64,000 nucleotides of DNA from Octopus vulgaris (taxonomy: Eukaryota): assembly GCA_951406725.2 (NCBI GenBank), contig OX597831.1, positions 41,106,001 to 41,170,000 of the forward strand, in the 5' to 3' direction. Under the pieces are notes generated by a model, which was given only the letters and a program-made list of their open reading frames with translations, ran no database searches and was not told the DNA's origin. Position numbers and translations under genes: made by a program. Each line of letters begins with the position of its first letter. Position 1 is the stretch's first letter. Shown piece after piece: positions 11,643 to 26,219 of the stretch.

Positions 11643-11688
<46 letters not shown>

Positions 11689-12034
11689 AAATATAAATGT
11701 GTACATACATACATACAAACATACATTTATACATATATATTTATAATTTATATCATAAATGTATACTCATATACTTATGAATGTGGTACATATATATGTA
11801 TATACCACATTCATATGTCCATAATGTGAGTGAATATGTATACATATACATGTAGGTAGATATGCATATATACACATGCACACACACATATGAGTGTGTA
11901 TTTATTTGTATATGCATGCATGTTATGTATATGCGTATGTATATATGTATGTGCATGTATGTATGTATATATATATATATATATATACATACACACCCAT
12001 ATACATATATATATTTATACATATAGATATATTC

Positions 12035-12107
<73 letters not shown>

Positions 12108-12718
12108 GATAAGTACATGTATATAGATATGTATGTGTATATATATGTACATATATATGTATGTAAATTTGTTTGTGTATATATATTTGTGTGTATGAAA
12201 GAGAGAGAGAGAGTATGTGTGTGTATGTGTAGGCCTTTGTACGTAAACATATTATGTATGTGTGCGCGTGCGCATGTGTGTATAAATAAGTTAGCATGGA
12301 TTTTTTTTTAGTAAGAAATGTTTCCACTTCATTCTTGTTGTTCCTGTTCTGTTACATTTTTTTTGTTAATATCTTTTCTATTATGTTTTACCGGTTATTT
12401 AACACCCTAGATATTAATGTAGACTGACAAAGACCGATGTACAGTTATCGATAGATTGTATAGTTAATAATTAATCATTCAGTTAATGATCGATGTTGTA
12501 ATTAGCAATGTGGTTTCTAATTTAGACTACAACAAATGATCCCGGGGGAAAACACCTCAGGACACGTTTTGCGTGGAAACGTCAGGTTGATGCTCATATG
12601 TTATATGCGTGTTAGGTGTCTAGAATTTATGTTAGTGAGCCAAGAATACTTAATTAAATGTGTGTATGTTTGTGTGTGAGTGTGCATGTGAGTGAGGGTG
12701 TATTTGTGTCTGTGTATG

Positions 12719-12749
<31 letters not shown>

Positions 12750-12806
12750 GATTTTGATTTTTCCAGTTTCAGCTAATGAGCTGTGGCCATGCTGGGGCAC
12801 CGCCAT

Positions 12807-13330
<524 letters not shown>

Positions 13331-13404
13331 AGAGATATATACCTACACACGCACACGTACTTAGATAGATAGATAGATAGATAGATATTTATGTATAGAT
13401 AGAT

Positions 13405-13468
<64 letters not shown>

Positions 13469-13859
13469 GTATATGCGTGTGTATGTATGTGTATATATGT
13501 ATCATTTACTTGCTTCAGACATTTGACTACGGCCATGCTGGATCATTGCCTGGAAGCCTTTGGTCGTTTTTTTTTATGCTTGATACTTATTCTATCGTAC
13601 CCTTCTGCTGAACTGTTATACTGGGGAGACGTACAAAAAACCAAAGTCAGTTGTCAAACGGAGGGAAATTAAGACAAGCACACGCACGTACAAACCACAC
13701 AAATACATGTGTGTGTGTGTGCGTACATACAATATAGGAGTGGCTGTCATAGGTGTAGGAGCAGATGTGTGTTAAGCAGCTTGCTTACCAACCACACACA
13801 TGGGTTCCGAAGCCTTGTGAGTGGATTTGGTAGACGGAAACTGAAAGAAGCCAGACGCT

Positions 13860-13892
<33 letters not shown>

Positions 13893-13896
<4 letters not shown>

Positions 13897-14142
13897 TAAT
13901 AAATAAATAAAACCTATGCATATATACATACATATATGTACGTACCTACCTCTACATGTATATATACATGCATATATGGGTACAGGACACCAAAAAAACG
14001 TCGAACACAATGAGAAATGAAAACATAAAAACACAAAACCAAGGAAATGGACAATTTTTAAACAACGAAAAAATAGAGTACAGGACATACAAAACAAGGA
14101 AAATTCCCCTTCTTCAGTCGCCTTAGATTCATCTAACTCCAC
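13893..14142 (-). repeat. Repeat family Y
   Basis: GTACAGGACACC...GAACACAA...GAAAACATAAAA...CCCCTTCTTCAG shared with 27255 and 32378. Confidence 0.75.
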
Positions 14143-14217
<75 letters not shown>

Positions 14218-14340
14218 GGGAGTATATCCAAACTTACAGGGAAAAATTAGATTTAGGATTAAAGCAAATTTCACAGTATAAATATAAATTAAATTAGATA
14301 TAAAACCACTATTAGGCAACTCAATAATATATATATATAT

Positions 14341-14622
14341 AACTTAACTTAGAAAGGTTTTGGCCAGTATTGGTCCAGGCCATGTCTAACTTAATAGCAC
14401 CACCTGGCGAAGTCTTTCAATTCAGGATTTGGGCACCGAGGCCCATTCGAGCAGAGAGTTATTGTTTGCGAAGACATATCCGGGTGTGGGTGGTTTGTCC
14501 GGGACTGTTTGAAGGAATTTGTCCAAAGTCTTCTTGAATTTTGTGTGGTCAGTTTCTGTTTTGACGTGTCCTGGTGTGATGTTGAAGAGAGCGGGCCCAA
14601 TTGAGGTGAAATAATTGTGCCC
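14341..14622 (-). mobile_element. 3' end of CR1/L2-group LINE (ORF2 C-terminus + 3'UTR)
   Basis: Translation HNYFTSIGPALFNITPGHVKTETDHTKFKKTLDKFLQTVPDKPPTPGYVFANNNSLLEW*, resembling the GP.LFN.LP...FK..LDKFL..PD.P C-terminus; second copy at 56470. Confidence 0.8.
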
Positions 14623-14779
14623 GTATATTATATTATATTATATTATATTAATCATAATATTATATATTATATTAATTATATTTATTTTTTGTTTTCTTTG
14701 TTTTGGTTTATGTCTTTCACTGTCTGAGTTGCCTAATAGTGGTTTTATCTCTAATTTAATATATATATATATATATATA

Positions 14780-15085
14780 CAAAATGGGAAAAGAACGCAA
14801 AATACCCCGACAGTTAGGTGATACAAAAATGCGACAACAAGACATCCAGATAGAGAGGTCATTTGAAGTTTTTCCTCAGTTGAATACCAGATTATCTTCG
14901 CAATTTCGGCTCATTATCCTCGAGATTGCTCCAATCTGGCCAGCCCCAAGGAAAAGCTAAGCTAAGAGCATTAGATTCCTTGGAAGAAAGAATCGAATGT
15001 ATACAAAAACAAGGACGGAAAAAAACGGACAATGTTACACAAATACAATAAAAATAATAACAGGACATAACATCAGGTGTCTTTC
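14780..15085. repeat. Repeat family Z
   Basis: CCCCAA...AAAA..CTAAGCTAAGAGC..TAGA...CGAATGTATACA shared with 56780-57050. Confidence 0.65.
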
Positions 15086-15102
15086 ATTTATGTATGTATG
15101 TA

Positions 15103-15150
<48 letters not shown>

Positions 15151-15194
15151 TGTATGTATGTATATATATACATATATGTATGTATGTATATGTG

Positions 15195-15407
15195 TGTGTG
15201 TTTGTGTGTATAGGTTTGTACTCCCACCATCGCTTGACAACCGATGTTGGTGTGTTTACATCCCCCTAACTTAGTGGTTTGGCGTAAGCAGCCGATAGAA
15301 TATGTAATAGGCTTACAAAGAATAAGTCCTGGGGTCGAGTTGTTCGACTAAACGAGGTGCTCCAGCATGGCCGCTGTCAAATGACTGAAACAAATAAATG
15401 AATAAAA

Positions 15408-15410
<3 letters not shown>
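15195..15410 (+). mobile_element. SINE family A 3' half
   Basis: CCATCGCTTGACAACCGATG...GGTGCTCCAGCATGGCC...GACTGAAACAA. Confidence 0.85.
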
Positions 15411-15494
<84 letters not shown>

Positions 15495-15499
15495 TATGT

Positions 15500-15710
15500 T
15501 TATGTTTTCCAGTTTCAGCTCTTGAGCTGTGGCCATGCTGGGGCACCGCCATTTGGCAGCGTTACTCATTTTTGCCAGCTGAGTGGACTGGTGCAACGTG
15601 AAATGAAGTGTTTTGCTCAAGAACACAACGCGTCGTCCGGTCCAGGAATCGAAACTACAATCTTACGGTCATGATGCTGACACCCTAACCACTAAGCCAT
15701 GCGCCTCCAT
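15500..15710 (-). mobile_element. SINE family C head + CORE-like body + family A-like tail
   Basis: Reverse complement GGAGGCGCATGGCTTAGTGGTTAG...GTTTCGATTCC...TTGTGTTCTTGAGCAAAACACTT...GGCGGTGCCCCAGCATGGCCACAG. Confidence 0.8.
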
Positions 15711-15753
15711 ATATATATATATTCATATACATATACTTGTATGTATATATATA

Positions 15754-15840
<87 letters not shown>

Positions 15841-16228
15841 TATATATATATATACTTTTATTCACAGGGAGAGAGAGAAAGAGAGAGAGGGGGAGAGAGA
15901 GAAAGAGAGAAAGGGGGAGAGAGAGAAAGAGAGAGAGGGGGAGAGAGAGACGCGCACACAAACATACAGACATGTATCTATGCACAAACACACACTGATG
16001 TCCCTCCTTTTACACGATACTCGGTTTGCGTAATGTTGATTTTTTAAACTTTTTATGTTCGATTTTTTTAAAAATTTCTTTTGTTTCTTTGGCGCATCTA
16101 GAAACATCACTTTGTCATTTCCGTTTCCATTTCCTTATCATTGTCTTCTCAATTTACTTTCATTTTACTTTCATTTCATTTCACATCGATAGTGGACAAG
16201 ACCACACTCAAAATCAACGCTTAAGATA

Positions 16229-16603
16229 GGAATAATTAGACTTTTTTGTTATACCATCAAATATTATTGTGATTGAATAATAGAGTCTCAAACTTGAGTT
16301 AAGTCGATTTTTCTGGAAAAGAAACATTAATATATTTAATCAATTTCAAAGTGGATAAAATTAAGAGAAACTATGAAACGGTTTAATATAAACTAAGTCA
16401 CTATTAGAAATAATCAGGAATAATTATTTTTTTGTTATTTCATCAAATATTATTTTGATTGAATAAAAGATTTTCAGACTTTGAGTATAGTTGATTTTTC
16501 TGGAAAAGAAACATTGATATATTTAATCAATTTCGAAGTGGAAAAAAATTAAGAGAAACTATGATACCGTTTAATTTAAACAAATTTACTATTAGGATAA
16601 TTA
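16229..16603. repeat. Diverged tandem duplication, unit about 188 bp x2
   Basis: GGAATAATTA at 16229 and 16417; shared CATCAAATATTATT, GATTTTTCTGGAAAAGAAACATT, ATTAAGAGAAACTATGA. Confidence 0.85.
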
Positions 16604-16759
16604 TTAAACGGAACTTAAGAAATATCCAAATAACAGTATATTCGCTGGATTTTCAATAGCCTTTGAACACGCAACTTTCATCCGTAGTAGCGATACAGAA
16701 ACACTGGAAAAAGGTCTATAATTCTGGATAGGATATAAACCAAATATTACAGTAGGACC

Positions 16760-17110
<351 letters not shown>

Positions 17111-17116
17111 ATGTGT

Positions 17117-17182
<66 letters not shown>

Positions 17183-17188
17183 ATTATT

Positions 17189-17725
17189 ACTAGCAGTATA
17201 GCCCGGCTTTGCCCGGGATTAAGTTAGGATTATTAAGCTAATCAAGTTCTTTATTTCAAACCAAACTAAGTAACATCGTCGTCAAATTTGGGTGAAATCC
17301 ATTGAAATTGGTAAACTTTTGGCTGAAAATGAGTTGCAGACAACTTGATTGGGTAATCCTATAAGTAATCGGTTTATGGATTTTTTCCACTCATCGATTT
17401 TTTTTTCTTTCTTTTTTGGAGAACTTAAAGCATTCAAAGATCCCATGAGTCCTAAGTAATGCTGGCATCAAGTTTGAACAAAATACATCAACATTGGTAA
17501 AAGTTATGGTTGAAAATTATAGAAATACCAATTCAAAATTTGAACGAGAACAGCCAAACGTGGGAACGCTGATTCCCATCGTTCAATTTTTTGAATTGGA
17601 ATTCTATAATTTTGAATTTCACTGTATCACTTTTTATTTTAAAATCGACAAAGACAGGTTAGCTGTCGAAATATAGTTCAACCAATAAAATATCTGTTGC
17701 AATCGCATCGCGCTCTTCGTATTGT
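17189..17725 (-). mobile_element. Non-autonomous Helitron
   Basis: Reverse complement ends CCCGGGCAAAGCCGGGCTATACTGCTAG|T: GC hairpin plus CTAG terminus; same end as 29671-29699; the 5' boundary is uncertain. Confidence 0.7.
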
Positions 17726-17726
17726 C

Positions 17727-17822
<96 letters not shown>

Positions 17823-17829
17823 TATTATT

Positions 17830-17892
<63 letters not shown>

Positions 17893-17904
17893 GTCACCAT
17901 TATC

Positions 17905-18118
17905 AGGGTGGCGAGCTGGCAGAATCGTTAGCACGCTAGACGAAATGCTTAACGTAGTATTTCGCCCGTCACTACGTTCTGAGTTCAAATTTCTCCGAGC
18001 TCGACTTTGCCCTTCATCCTTTCGGAGTCGATAAATAAAGTATCAGTTGAACTTTGGGCTCGATGTATTTGATTTAATCCCTTCCTCCAAGCTACCTTTT
18101 TGGCAAAAATTTGAAATT
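17905..18118 (+). mobile_element. SINE family B (Meta-domain-like)
   Basis: GGCGAGCTGGCAGAATCGTTAG, GAGTTCAAAT, GACTTTGCCCTTCATCCTTTCGGAGTCGATAAA. Confidence 0.85.
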
Positions 18119-18134
18119 AGTTTTTTTATTATTA

Positions 18135-18680
18135 TTGAGTGAGAGAGCAGTGCATGCCATCAAAGTGACACTGGGGTAAAATATACGAAGCCCAGTATAC
18201 CCATCATGACTACTCGTCTGATAACTTTACACTTCGCACATGCATCACAACCATATGTGTGTGAATGGTGATCTCATATCAAGGTAAACAATGCATGACC
18301 TTGCAGGTGGAGCCCAGTTAGAATTTTCTTCTAGTCGAATAACCCTTCCCGCTCAAAAGGTCCCTGGATAAGGATTGTTTAAGGATGTTGAACAAAACAC
18401 CCATGTTTCCAGAGGTGAATTATTCAAACCCCAAAGAATGCCTCTCAACACATGGCTATAATGCTCCCCCACTACTACTGCTCGTGATCAGAGATGCACA
18501 TATCGTCAGCCATTAAGGGACATGCTCAACTGGTTAAGATCAAACAACTGACAAGCAAATCTGTGGTATTGAGTAGAATATTTGCTGTAGCCCATCTTTT
18601 ATACCAAGACAAAACAATGTACATGATAACACTTCCAATCAGTTAAGATCAGTACCCATGAGAGCCACTGCCTGGTACAC
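18135..18680. repeat. Probable interspersed repeat, unclassified
   Basis: Higher-GC block starting right after an (ATT)n tract; single copy here, recognised only vaguely. Confidence 0.3.
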
Positions 18681-18804
18681 TCCGGTTGGGTTGACCTTTG
18701 CGATCGCCCCAAATGTGGGCGACTCGGGTGCGCTATTTCTAAGTGTGGGGTTTGCATTCGCGCTCACCCCGGAAAGCAAACAAAGAACAGATTATTATTA
18801 TTAT

Positions 18805-18851
<47 letters not shown>

Positions 18852-19290
18852 TTGTTGTTGTGGTTGTTGTTGCTATTGTTTCTCCACTACCACCACCATC
18901 TCTTCACATCCCCCCATTCCTCATTTCACCCAAATGCAGGTCATTACAAATAACACTGATTGTGGGTAATGCATTTAAATTTATGTGTCTCTTCTTCATA
19001 GGAAAAGCGATAGGACTAAAACAGCCAAGAAGGAAATGCAAACGTTATTGATTCATGCACGGTGACTGTATGATACGTGGGTGTTACACCTGTTTCGGTT
19101 ACCTGCTATTAACAACCTATTACCTTTGTTTTTCCCTCACTGTCGTAACCCGTCTATTAGCCTGTTCTGGTATTAGCCAGTTAAATTTATCTCATTTTTG
19201 TTTTCTGCACAATTCGGTGTATGCGAGGGACTGTACACAAAACTTGTGTGCAGGTGTGCTCGTGTGTGCGAGTGTGTGTGTGCGAGTGTG

Positions 19291-19363
<73 letters not shown>

Positions 19364-19744
19364 GTGTATTATTGTTATAGAGGACGCCATACGTAAAGGC
19401 AAGGCAAACATCTCAAGTTGTATACATTATCATTATTGGAAGAAATTCAAAACCTTACAGCTGTTTCTGGGATATCCTAGAGTATGGGATATTCCGACAT
19501 CACAGACAACTAGGGAAAATGAGGAGGGTATAGATTAATGAAATGACAACATAGAGGACAGGATTAAAGGAATAAGGAGATGAAGAGAGAGAAGAAAAAA
19601 GAACCGTCTCGGCTACAAACTTAGTGCTCTTGTAATCCGTTACAGCACTTACCTAGTGTACCTAATAGTTTAGGTCACCTGTGATCTAAATCCCCATATT
19701 TGTGTGTGTGCATATATATATATTCTTTTATTCTTTTCTTTTAT

Positions 19745-19964
19745 CATTTTCTTTTGCATGTTTCAGTCATTTGACTGCAGCCATGCAGGAGCACTACCTT
19801 AAAGGGTTTTAGTCGATGAAATCGATCCCAGGACTTATTCTTTGTAAGCCTAGTACTTGTTCTATTGGTTTCTTATGCTGAGCCGCTAAGTTATGGCCCC
19901 ATAAACATACCAACATCGGTTTTCAACCGATGGTGGGGGAGACAAACACAGACACAAACTCACA

Positions 19965-20013
<49 letters not shown>

Positions 20014-20400
20014 CACAGGAGTAGCTATGTGGGAAGAAGCTTGCTTACCAACCACATGGTTCCGGGTTCAGTCCCACTGCGTGGCACCTTGGGCAAAATA
20101 TCTTGTACTATAGCCTCGGGCCGACCAAAGCCATGTGAGTGGATTTGGTAAACGGAAACTGAAAGAAGCCTGTCCTATATATATGTGTGTGTGCATGTAT
20201 TTGTGCGTCTGTGGTTGTACCCCAACATCGCTTGAAAACCGATGCTGGTGCGTTTACGTCCCCGTAACTTAGCAGTTCGACAACACAGACCAATAGAAAA
20301 CGTACTAAGCTTACAAAGAATAAATTCTGGGGTCTATTTGTTCGACTAAAGGCGGTGTTCCAGCATGGCCACAGTCAAATGACTGAAACAAATAAAAGAG
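19745..20400. mobile_element. SINE family A: 3' half (-) 19745-19965 and full copy (+) 20012-20400
   Basis: Family A motifs on opposite strands either side of a (TA)n tract. Confidence 0.88.
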
Positions 20401-21012
20401 TATGCATGTATGTATGTATATAAATATGTGTGTGAAAAGTAAGAGAGACGGTCAGAGAGTGTGAGAGATACACAGATTGGAAGAAGTCTAGCGACGCAGA
20501 GATTTGGCATAGCAGAAGAACTGGATATATTTAGCAGCGACTCGACTCATTAAAATAGCTGAGCTCATTACTCAACTGGGCAACAGATGAAACGCAATAC
20601 CTAGAAATAAACACCCACTGGACTGTGTTTGGAACAGTATAAATAATTACTAACCTTAGAAACCAATTTGTCTCTTGAACTGTGTACACTCGTCTAATCT
20701 GTCCTGCCTTTGTTGTTATTGTTGCTAGTGCTGGTGGTGGTGGTACTGCTGCTACTGCTGATGGTGGTGGTGGTGCTGGTGGCAGTGGTAATCATGGTGC
20801 TGTTACTGTTACTGCCTGGTCAGTCACTTACGTGTTAATAGTTTTGAATTCACTCCGTGACTTAAATACATTCCAGACATCTGTATTTATAAGTGTGTGT
20901 TTGTTGATGTGTGTGTGTTTGTGTGTGACGCATACTTTATTCTGTCATTAAATTCAGTCATTAGATTACACACACACACGCGCACAAGCATATATACACA
21001 TGTACATATATT

Positions 21013-21069
<57 letters not shown>

Positions 21070-21070
<1 letters not shown>

Positions 21071-21210
21071 ACATCTAAATTAACTATGACTTAACCATTC
21101 TCTCACACCCTCTCCGATGATGGGATATAATTAATAAATATCCTGGAAACAGCTGTAAGACCTATCTATAAATGTTCTACGCAGCCTTCGTTTTTTATCT
21201 CATTACGCAA
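21070..21210 (+). mobile_element. Repeat family V with hammerhead-like motif (21111-21160)
   Basis: TCT-CCGATGA-T-GGGATA-loop-TATCCT-G-GAAAC-AGCT-GTA-AGA. Confidence 0.6.
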
Positions 21211-21271
21211 AAGTTATATATATATATATATTATATATATATATGTGTGTGTGTGTGTATACACACACACA

Positions 21272-21374
<103 letters not shown>

Positions 21375-22111
21375 GTATGTATCTATGTATGTATGAATGA
21401 ATGTGCATATGTGTGTGAGTGTGTGTGTGCGTGTGTGTGTGTGTGTGCGTGTGTATCAAATCTGAAGCGATAAGACACATGCACGGGTAAAATGAAGAGA
21501 CATACAATATCTACTGTAATACCCTGTCCTAGATATCTGTGCTTCTGACCGTTAAATCGTCATTAACGTATTGTAATTTATCTCTTAACATTCAATTGAA
21601 AACTTTGTAAGAAATAAACCCAGTCTGTGAAGATTCCTTAACAGAATGTGAATGAATGACAGAGGCGGCATTGGGTAGGGGAATTGGAATATTATTCTTT
21701 TATGCCTGAATTCTTGCGGTACCGTGCGGTTCAGGACTGGCTAGCAAAGCGGTTACGAACGTAACGACGTCATGCAAGATGTTGCCTTCATCATAGATAT
21801 GAAGGGGCTTGTTTGCAAACCACATGGTTCCCGGTTCAGTCCCACAGCGTGGCACCTTCGGACGGCGTCTTCTACTCTAGTCTTGTTTGTGTATTTGGTA
21901 GACATGGATAAATATTTTTGGTTAATTGTAGACCGATTTCTGGCTTAGGATTGTAAAACTCATTGTCTTCATCGGTGCCAAGAGTATATAAATGCAAATA
22001 AAGAGATATCTGGCCATGAGGACACATGACTTTGTTTGAAAACAGGTTGGTGACAGGAACAGTATCCCATCCGTAGAAAATTTGCCTCCAAAGAGTCCGT
22101 CAATCGTATCT

Positions 22112-22170
<59 letters not shown>

Positions 22171-22171
22171 T

Positions 22172-22555
22172 GTTTCTTTATTAGCCACACAGGGCTGCAC
22201 ACAGACAGGACAAAATTACAAGGTAGAGCTTTTCTTTTGGGGGTAAAAGAAGGGGGTTTGGTTTTCGATCAAAAGGGATCGTAAATGGAAAGAAAGAGGA
22301 CAAAAAAGGGGGGATAAAATAAATTTTTTTTTAAAAGGGGGGTGAGGAAAAAAGGGAAACGAAAAAAAATTGATCAATAGGGATCGTTATCACAGAAATG
22401 TCAATATGAAGTGTAAAGGGGAGGACAGGTGAGGTTTACCCGTGGAAAGAAAAGCCTACGGAAAAGACCACGGTAACCTCGGTCAATGAAGTCACATGTT
22501 ATATTTCTTTTTTTTTTGCAAATAAGCAACTCTCTGTATTAATTTTACGGTTCAT
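22172..22555 (-). mobile_element. Probable LINE 3'UTR fragment
   Basis: Reverse complement ends CCTTGTAATTTTGTCCTGTCTGTGTGCAGCCCTGTGTGGCTAATAAAGAAA next to a (TCTA)n tract; resembles SINE B tail type 1. Confidence 0.5.
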
Positions 22556-22747
22556 AGAATCATAGTCAAAGTCAGATAGATAGATGGATAGATAGATAAC
22601 CATACAGAGACACAGACAGATAGATATACATATAGAAATATATATATGCATACGCACATATATACACACACATATTTATGTATAGACATATATATATATA
22701 TATATATATATGCATATGTGTGTGATGGAAAACTGGACGTCAAGATA

Positions 22748-23010
22748 ATGATGACGACGACGATGACAAGGACGATGATGATGATGATGATAGTGATGAT
22801 GATGATGACGATGACGACAACGACGATAATAATCATGATGATGATGCTGACGATGACGATGGTGATGATGACGATGATGATGATAATGATGATGATGATG
22901 ACGATGACGACAACGACAATAATAATCATGATGATGATGCTGACGATGGTGATGATGACGATGATGATGATGATGAGGAGGAGGAGGAGGAGGGGGTGGA
23001 GGAGGAGGTG
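22748..23010. repeat. (GAT/GAC)n to (GAG)n trinucleotide mosaic with internal duplication
   Basis: GACGATGACGACAACGAC(G/A)ATAATAATCATGATGATGATGCTGACGATG occurs twice. Confidence 0.9.
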
Positions 23011-23705
23011 GAAACTATTTCCTAAATTTCTCTTTCAAAAATGCTAGGGTTAAATTCGGAGTAAAAATTTTTGAACTGCTTTTATTTTATTCGCAGTTAA
23101 ATCGAACACCACGCAAAGTTCTCCATTGTCGGATGGACGGTTGCAGATTAATTTTAAAAAGCAGAAATCGAATTTGCTCTCTCTCTTATCTTTCCTCCCA
23201 GTCACCATGTTTGATATTCCAGGCGATCGAGGGCTAAAGACGTTGGTCTCTACACGCCGCTTCTCTTCTCACCTCTGCTTCCGCTGGATACAATGTAGTC
23301 CATTGTAATATCGAGTAAATTTTAAGTGGACATTTATCAGTAACAACATATTGCTCTGAATTTACAGAAAGAATACTTTATATTTGCTTCTAAATAAATC
23401 ATTGTTATAGCCGTCGGCGAAGTCGAGAAACTGCGTGTAAATTAACACGGTCGATGAGAGTTGGGATGTAAAGAGAGTAACGTTACTTTTGCGGGGGGAA
23501 GACTAAAGCACGAGATGTAACGTAAAACACTGAATGCATATGCGCTTATATATATATGCATATATATATATATATTTGTGTGTATGGGTTTGTCAAAAAG
23601 CAATGCAAATATAAATTGCATTACTGTTTGCTTCATAATGTGGAGAACTGATTGGATATGTGTGTAGATAGATAGACAGACAGATAGGTAGACAAACAGA
23701 CTGAC

Positions 23706-23940
<235 letters not shown>

Positions 23941-24284
23941 CAGACTGACAGATAGTTCGACAGACAGACAAGTAGGTAAGTAGGTATGTAGGTAGGTAGG
24001 TAAGAAGGTAGGTAGGTAAGAAGGTAGGTAGGTAGGTAGGTAGGCAGGCAGGCAGGCAGGCAGGCAGATAAGAAGATAGATAGAAGAAATGTAGGTAGAT
24101 AAATACTTGTTTATAGGTGCATATAGGCGTATATATATAGGTATATCTATTTATATACACATACTCGTGAAATGTGTGTGCGTGTGTGTGTGTGTGTGCT
24201 GAGGAATTTCTAAATTCTTATGACCTAAACGATTTTTAGCTTGTAAATTCCAAATACCACCAACGTAAAACAAATATATATGCA

Positions 24285-25105
24285 CGACATAGCCATGTGG
24301 TTTGGAAGTTCGCTTGGCAGTCATGTGGTTTCGACTTCTGTCCCACTAAGCGGCACCGTGGACAAGTGTCTTCTACTTTAGACCCGAGCTGATCATTGCT
24401 TTCCAAGTGGATTCGAGCTGGCAAAAACGTTAGCACGCCGGGCGAAATGCTTAACAGTATTTCGTCTGCCGCTACGTTCCGAGTTCAAATTCCGCCGAGG
24501 TCAACTTTGCCTTTCATCCTTTCGGGGTCGATTAAATAAGTACCAGTTATGCACTGGGGTCGATATAATCGACTTAATCCGTTTGTCTGTCCTTGTTTTT
24601 CCTCTCTGTTTAGCCCCTTGTGGGTAGTCAAGAAATAGGTATTTCGTCTGCCGTTACGATCTGAGTTCAAATTCCGCCGAGGTCGACTTTGCCTTTCATC
24701 CTTTCGGGGTCGATAAATTAAGTACCAGTTACGCACTGGGGTCGATGTAATCGACTTAAGCTCTTTGTCTGTCCTTGTTTGTCCCCTCTGTGTTTAGCCC
24801 CTTGTGGGCAATAAAGAAATAAGAAAGACGGAAACTGTGTGGAAGCCAGTTGTATATATGGGTGTGTGTGCGTGTCTTTGTGTCTGTATTTGTCGATACC
24901 ACCCCGCTTGACAACCGGTGTCGGCTTGTTTACGCCCATGTAAGTTAGCGGTTCGGCAAAAGTGACCGCTAATATAAATACCAGAATTTAAACGAAAAAA
25001 AAAAACAGATAAGTACTAGGAGGGGTTGTTCGACTCAAAAAAATAGAAAGAAACTATCTTCAAGGGGGTTCCTCAGCAAGGTCATAGTTCAATGACTGTA
25101 ACAAG
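24285..25105 (+). mobile_element. Old SINE family A copy split by a tandem pair of family B SINEs (about 24413-24822)
   Basis: Family A 5' half ends at GTGGATT near 24413 and resumes at AGACGGAAACTG near 24826; two family B units between, junction AAGAAATA|GGTATTTCGTC. Confidence 0.85.
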
Positions 25106-25519
25106 TTATCAAACAACACTCGCAAAAACACACACGAACACACATACATACACATATACACACACACACACACACATACACACACACACAAAACACACAA
25201 ACTCAACCACTCTTCATAATTAATTAAATGAAGTTTGGAAAGTTAACTTCACAGTATCATTACCATCATCATCATCATCATCATCATCACCAACAACATC
25301 ATTATTATCATATTTATTATTATACAGTTCCGCCAATTTAATTATAAATTAACAGACAAATTTTGGGTTTTTTTTTATTCTTTTTTTACTCTAACTTTGC
25401 CCGCCCTTCTCTTTATGTTATCAATCAATATTTTTTTCAAATGTTATTACTAATTATCACAAATGTTATTTACCTCTTTCTCATGAATTTTGTAAGTTTT
25501 ATTCATTTTGTCATTAGTT

Positions 25520-25542
25520 TTATTATGATTATTGTTATTGTA

Positions 25543-25614
<72 letters not shown>

Positions 25615-25682
25615 TTATTATTATTATTATTATTGTATTATTATTATTATTATTATCATCATTATCGTTATTATTATTATTA

Positions 25683-25734
<52 letters not shown>

Positions 25735-25784
25735 CATTATTATTATTATTTTTATTATTATCATTATCATAATTATTATTATCA

Positions 25785-25825
<41 letters not shown>

Positions 25826-26085
25826 CATCATTATTATTATTATTTTTATTATTATTATTATTTTTATTATTATTATTATTATCATTATTATTATTATCAT
25901 TATTATTATTATTATTATTATTATCATTATTATTATTATCATTTTTATTATTATTATTATCATTATTATTACTGTTATTGTTGCTATTGTTGTTTGATGT
26001 TTTGTTCTTGCTTTCATTGTTGGTTTATTTGCTTTGTGTTTGTTGTTGCTGTTGTTGCTGTTGTTGTTGTTGTTGCTGCTGCTTT
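25520..26085. repeat. Long (ATT/ATC)n and (GTT/GCT)n microsatellite complex
   Basis: Direct inspection. Confidence 0.95.
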
Positions 26086-26179
26086 GCATTTAGTTCTGAC
26101 ATTAATCCGATTAATTAAATTATAAAAGAAAATACGTACAAAATAGATATTGCCATTAACATATGTATATATGTGTGTG

Positions 26180-26214
<35 letters not shown>

Positions 26215-26219
26215 GTATT

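Noticed and set aside
12520-12590. Hammerhead half GAAACGTC
   Set aside because: No recognisable CUGANGA core at the expected position.
19002-19061. Possible 60-nt exon KSDRTKTAKKEMQTLLIHAR
   Set aside because: AG/GT boundaries fit, but it is too short to distinguish from chance.
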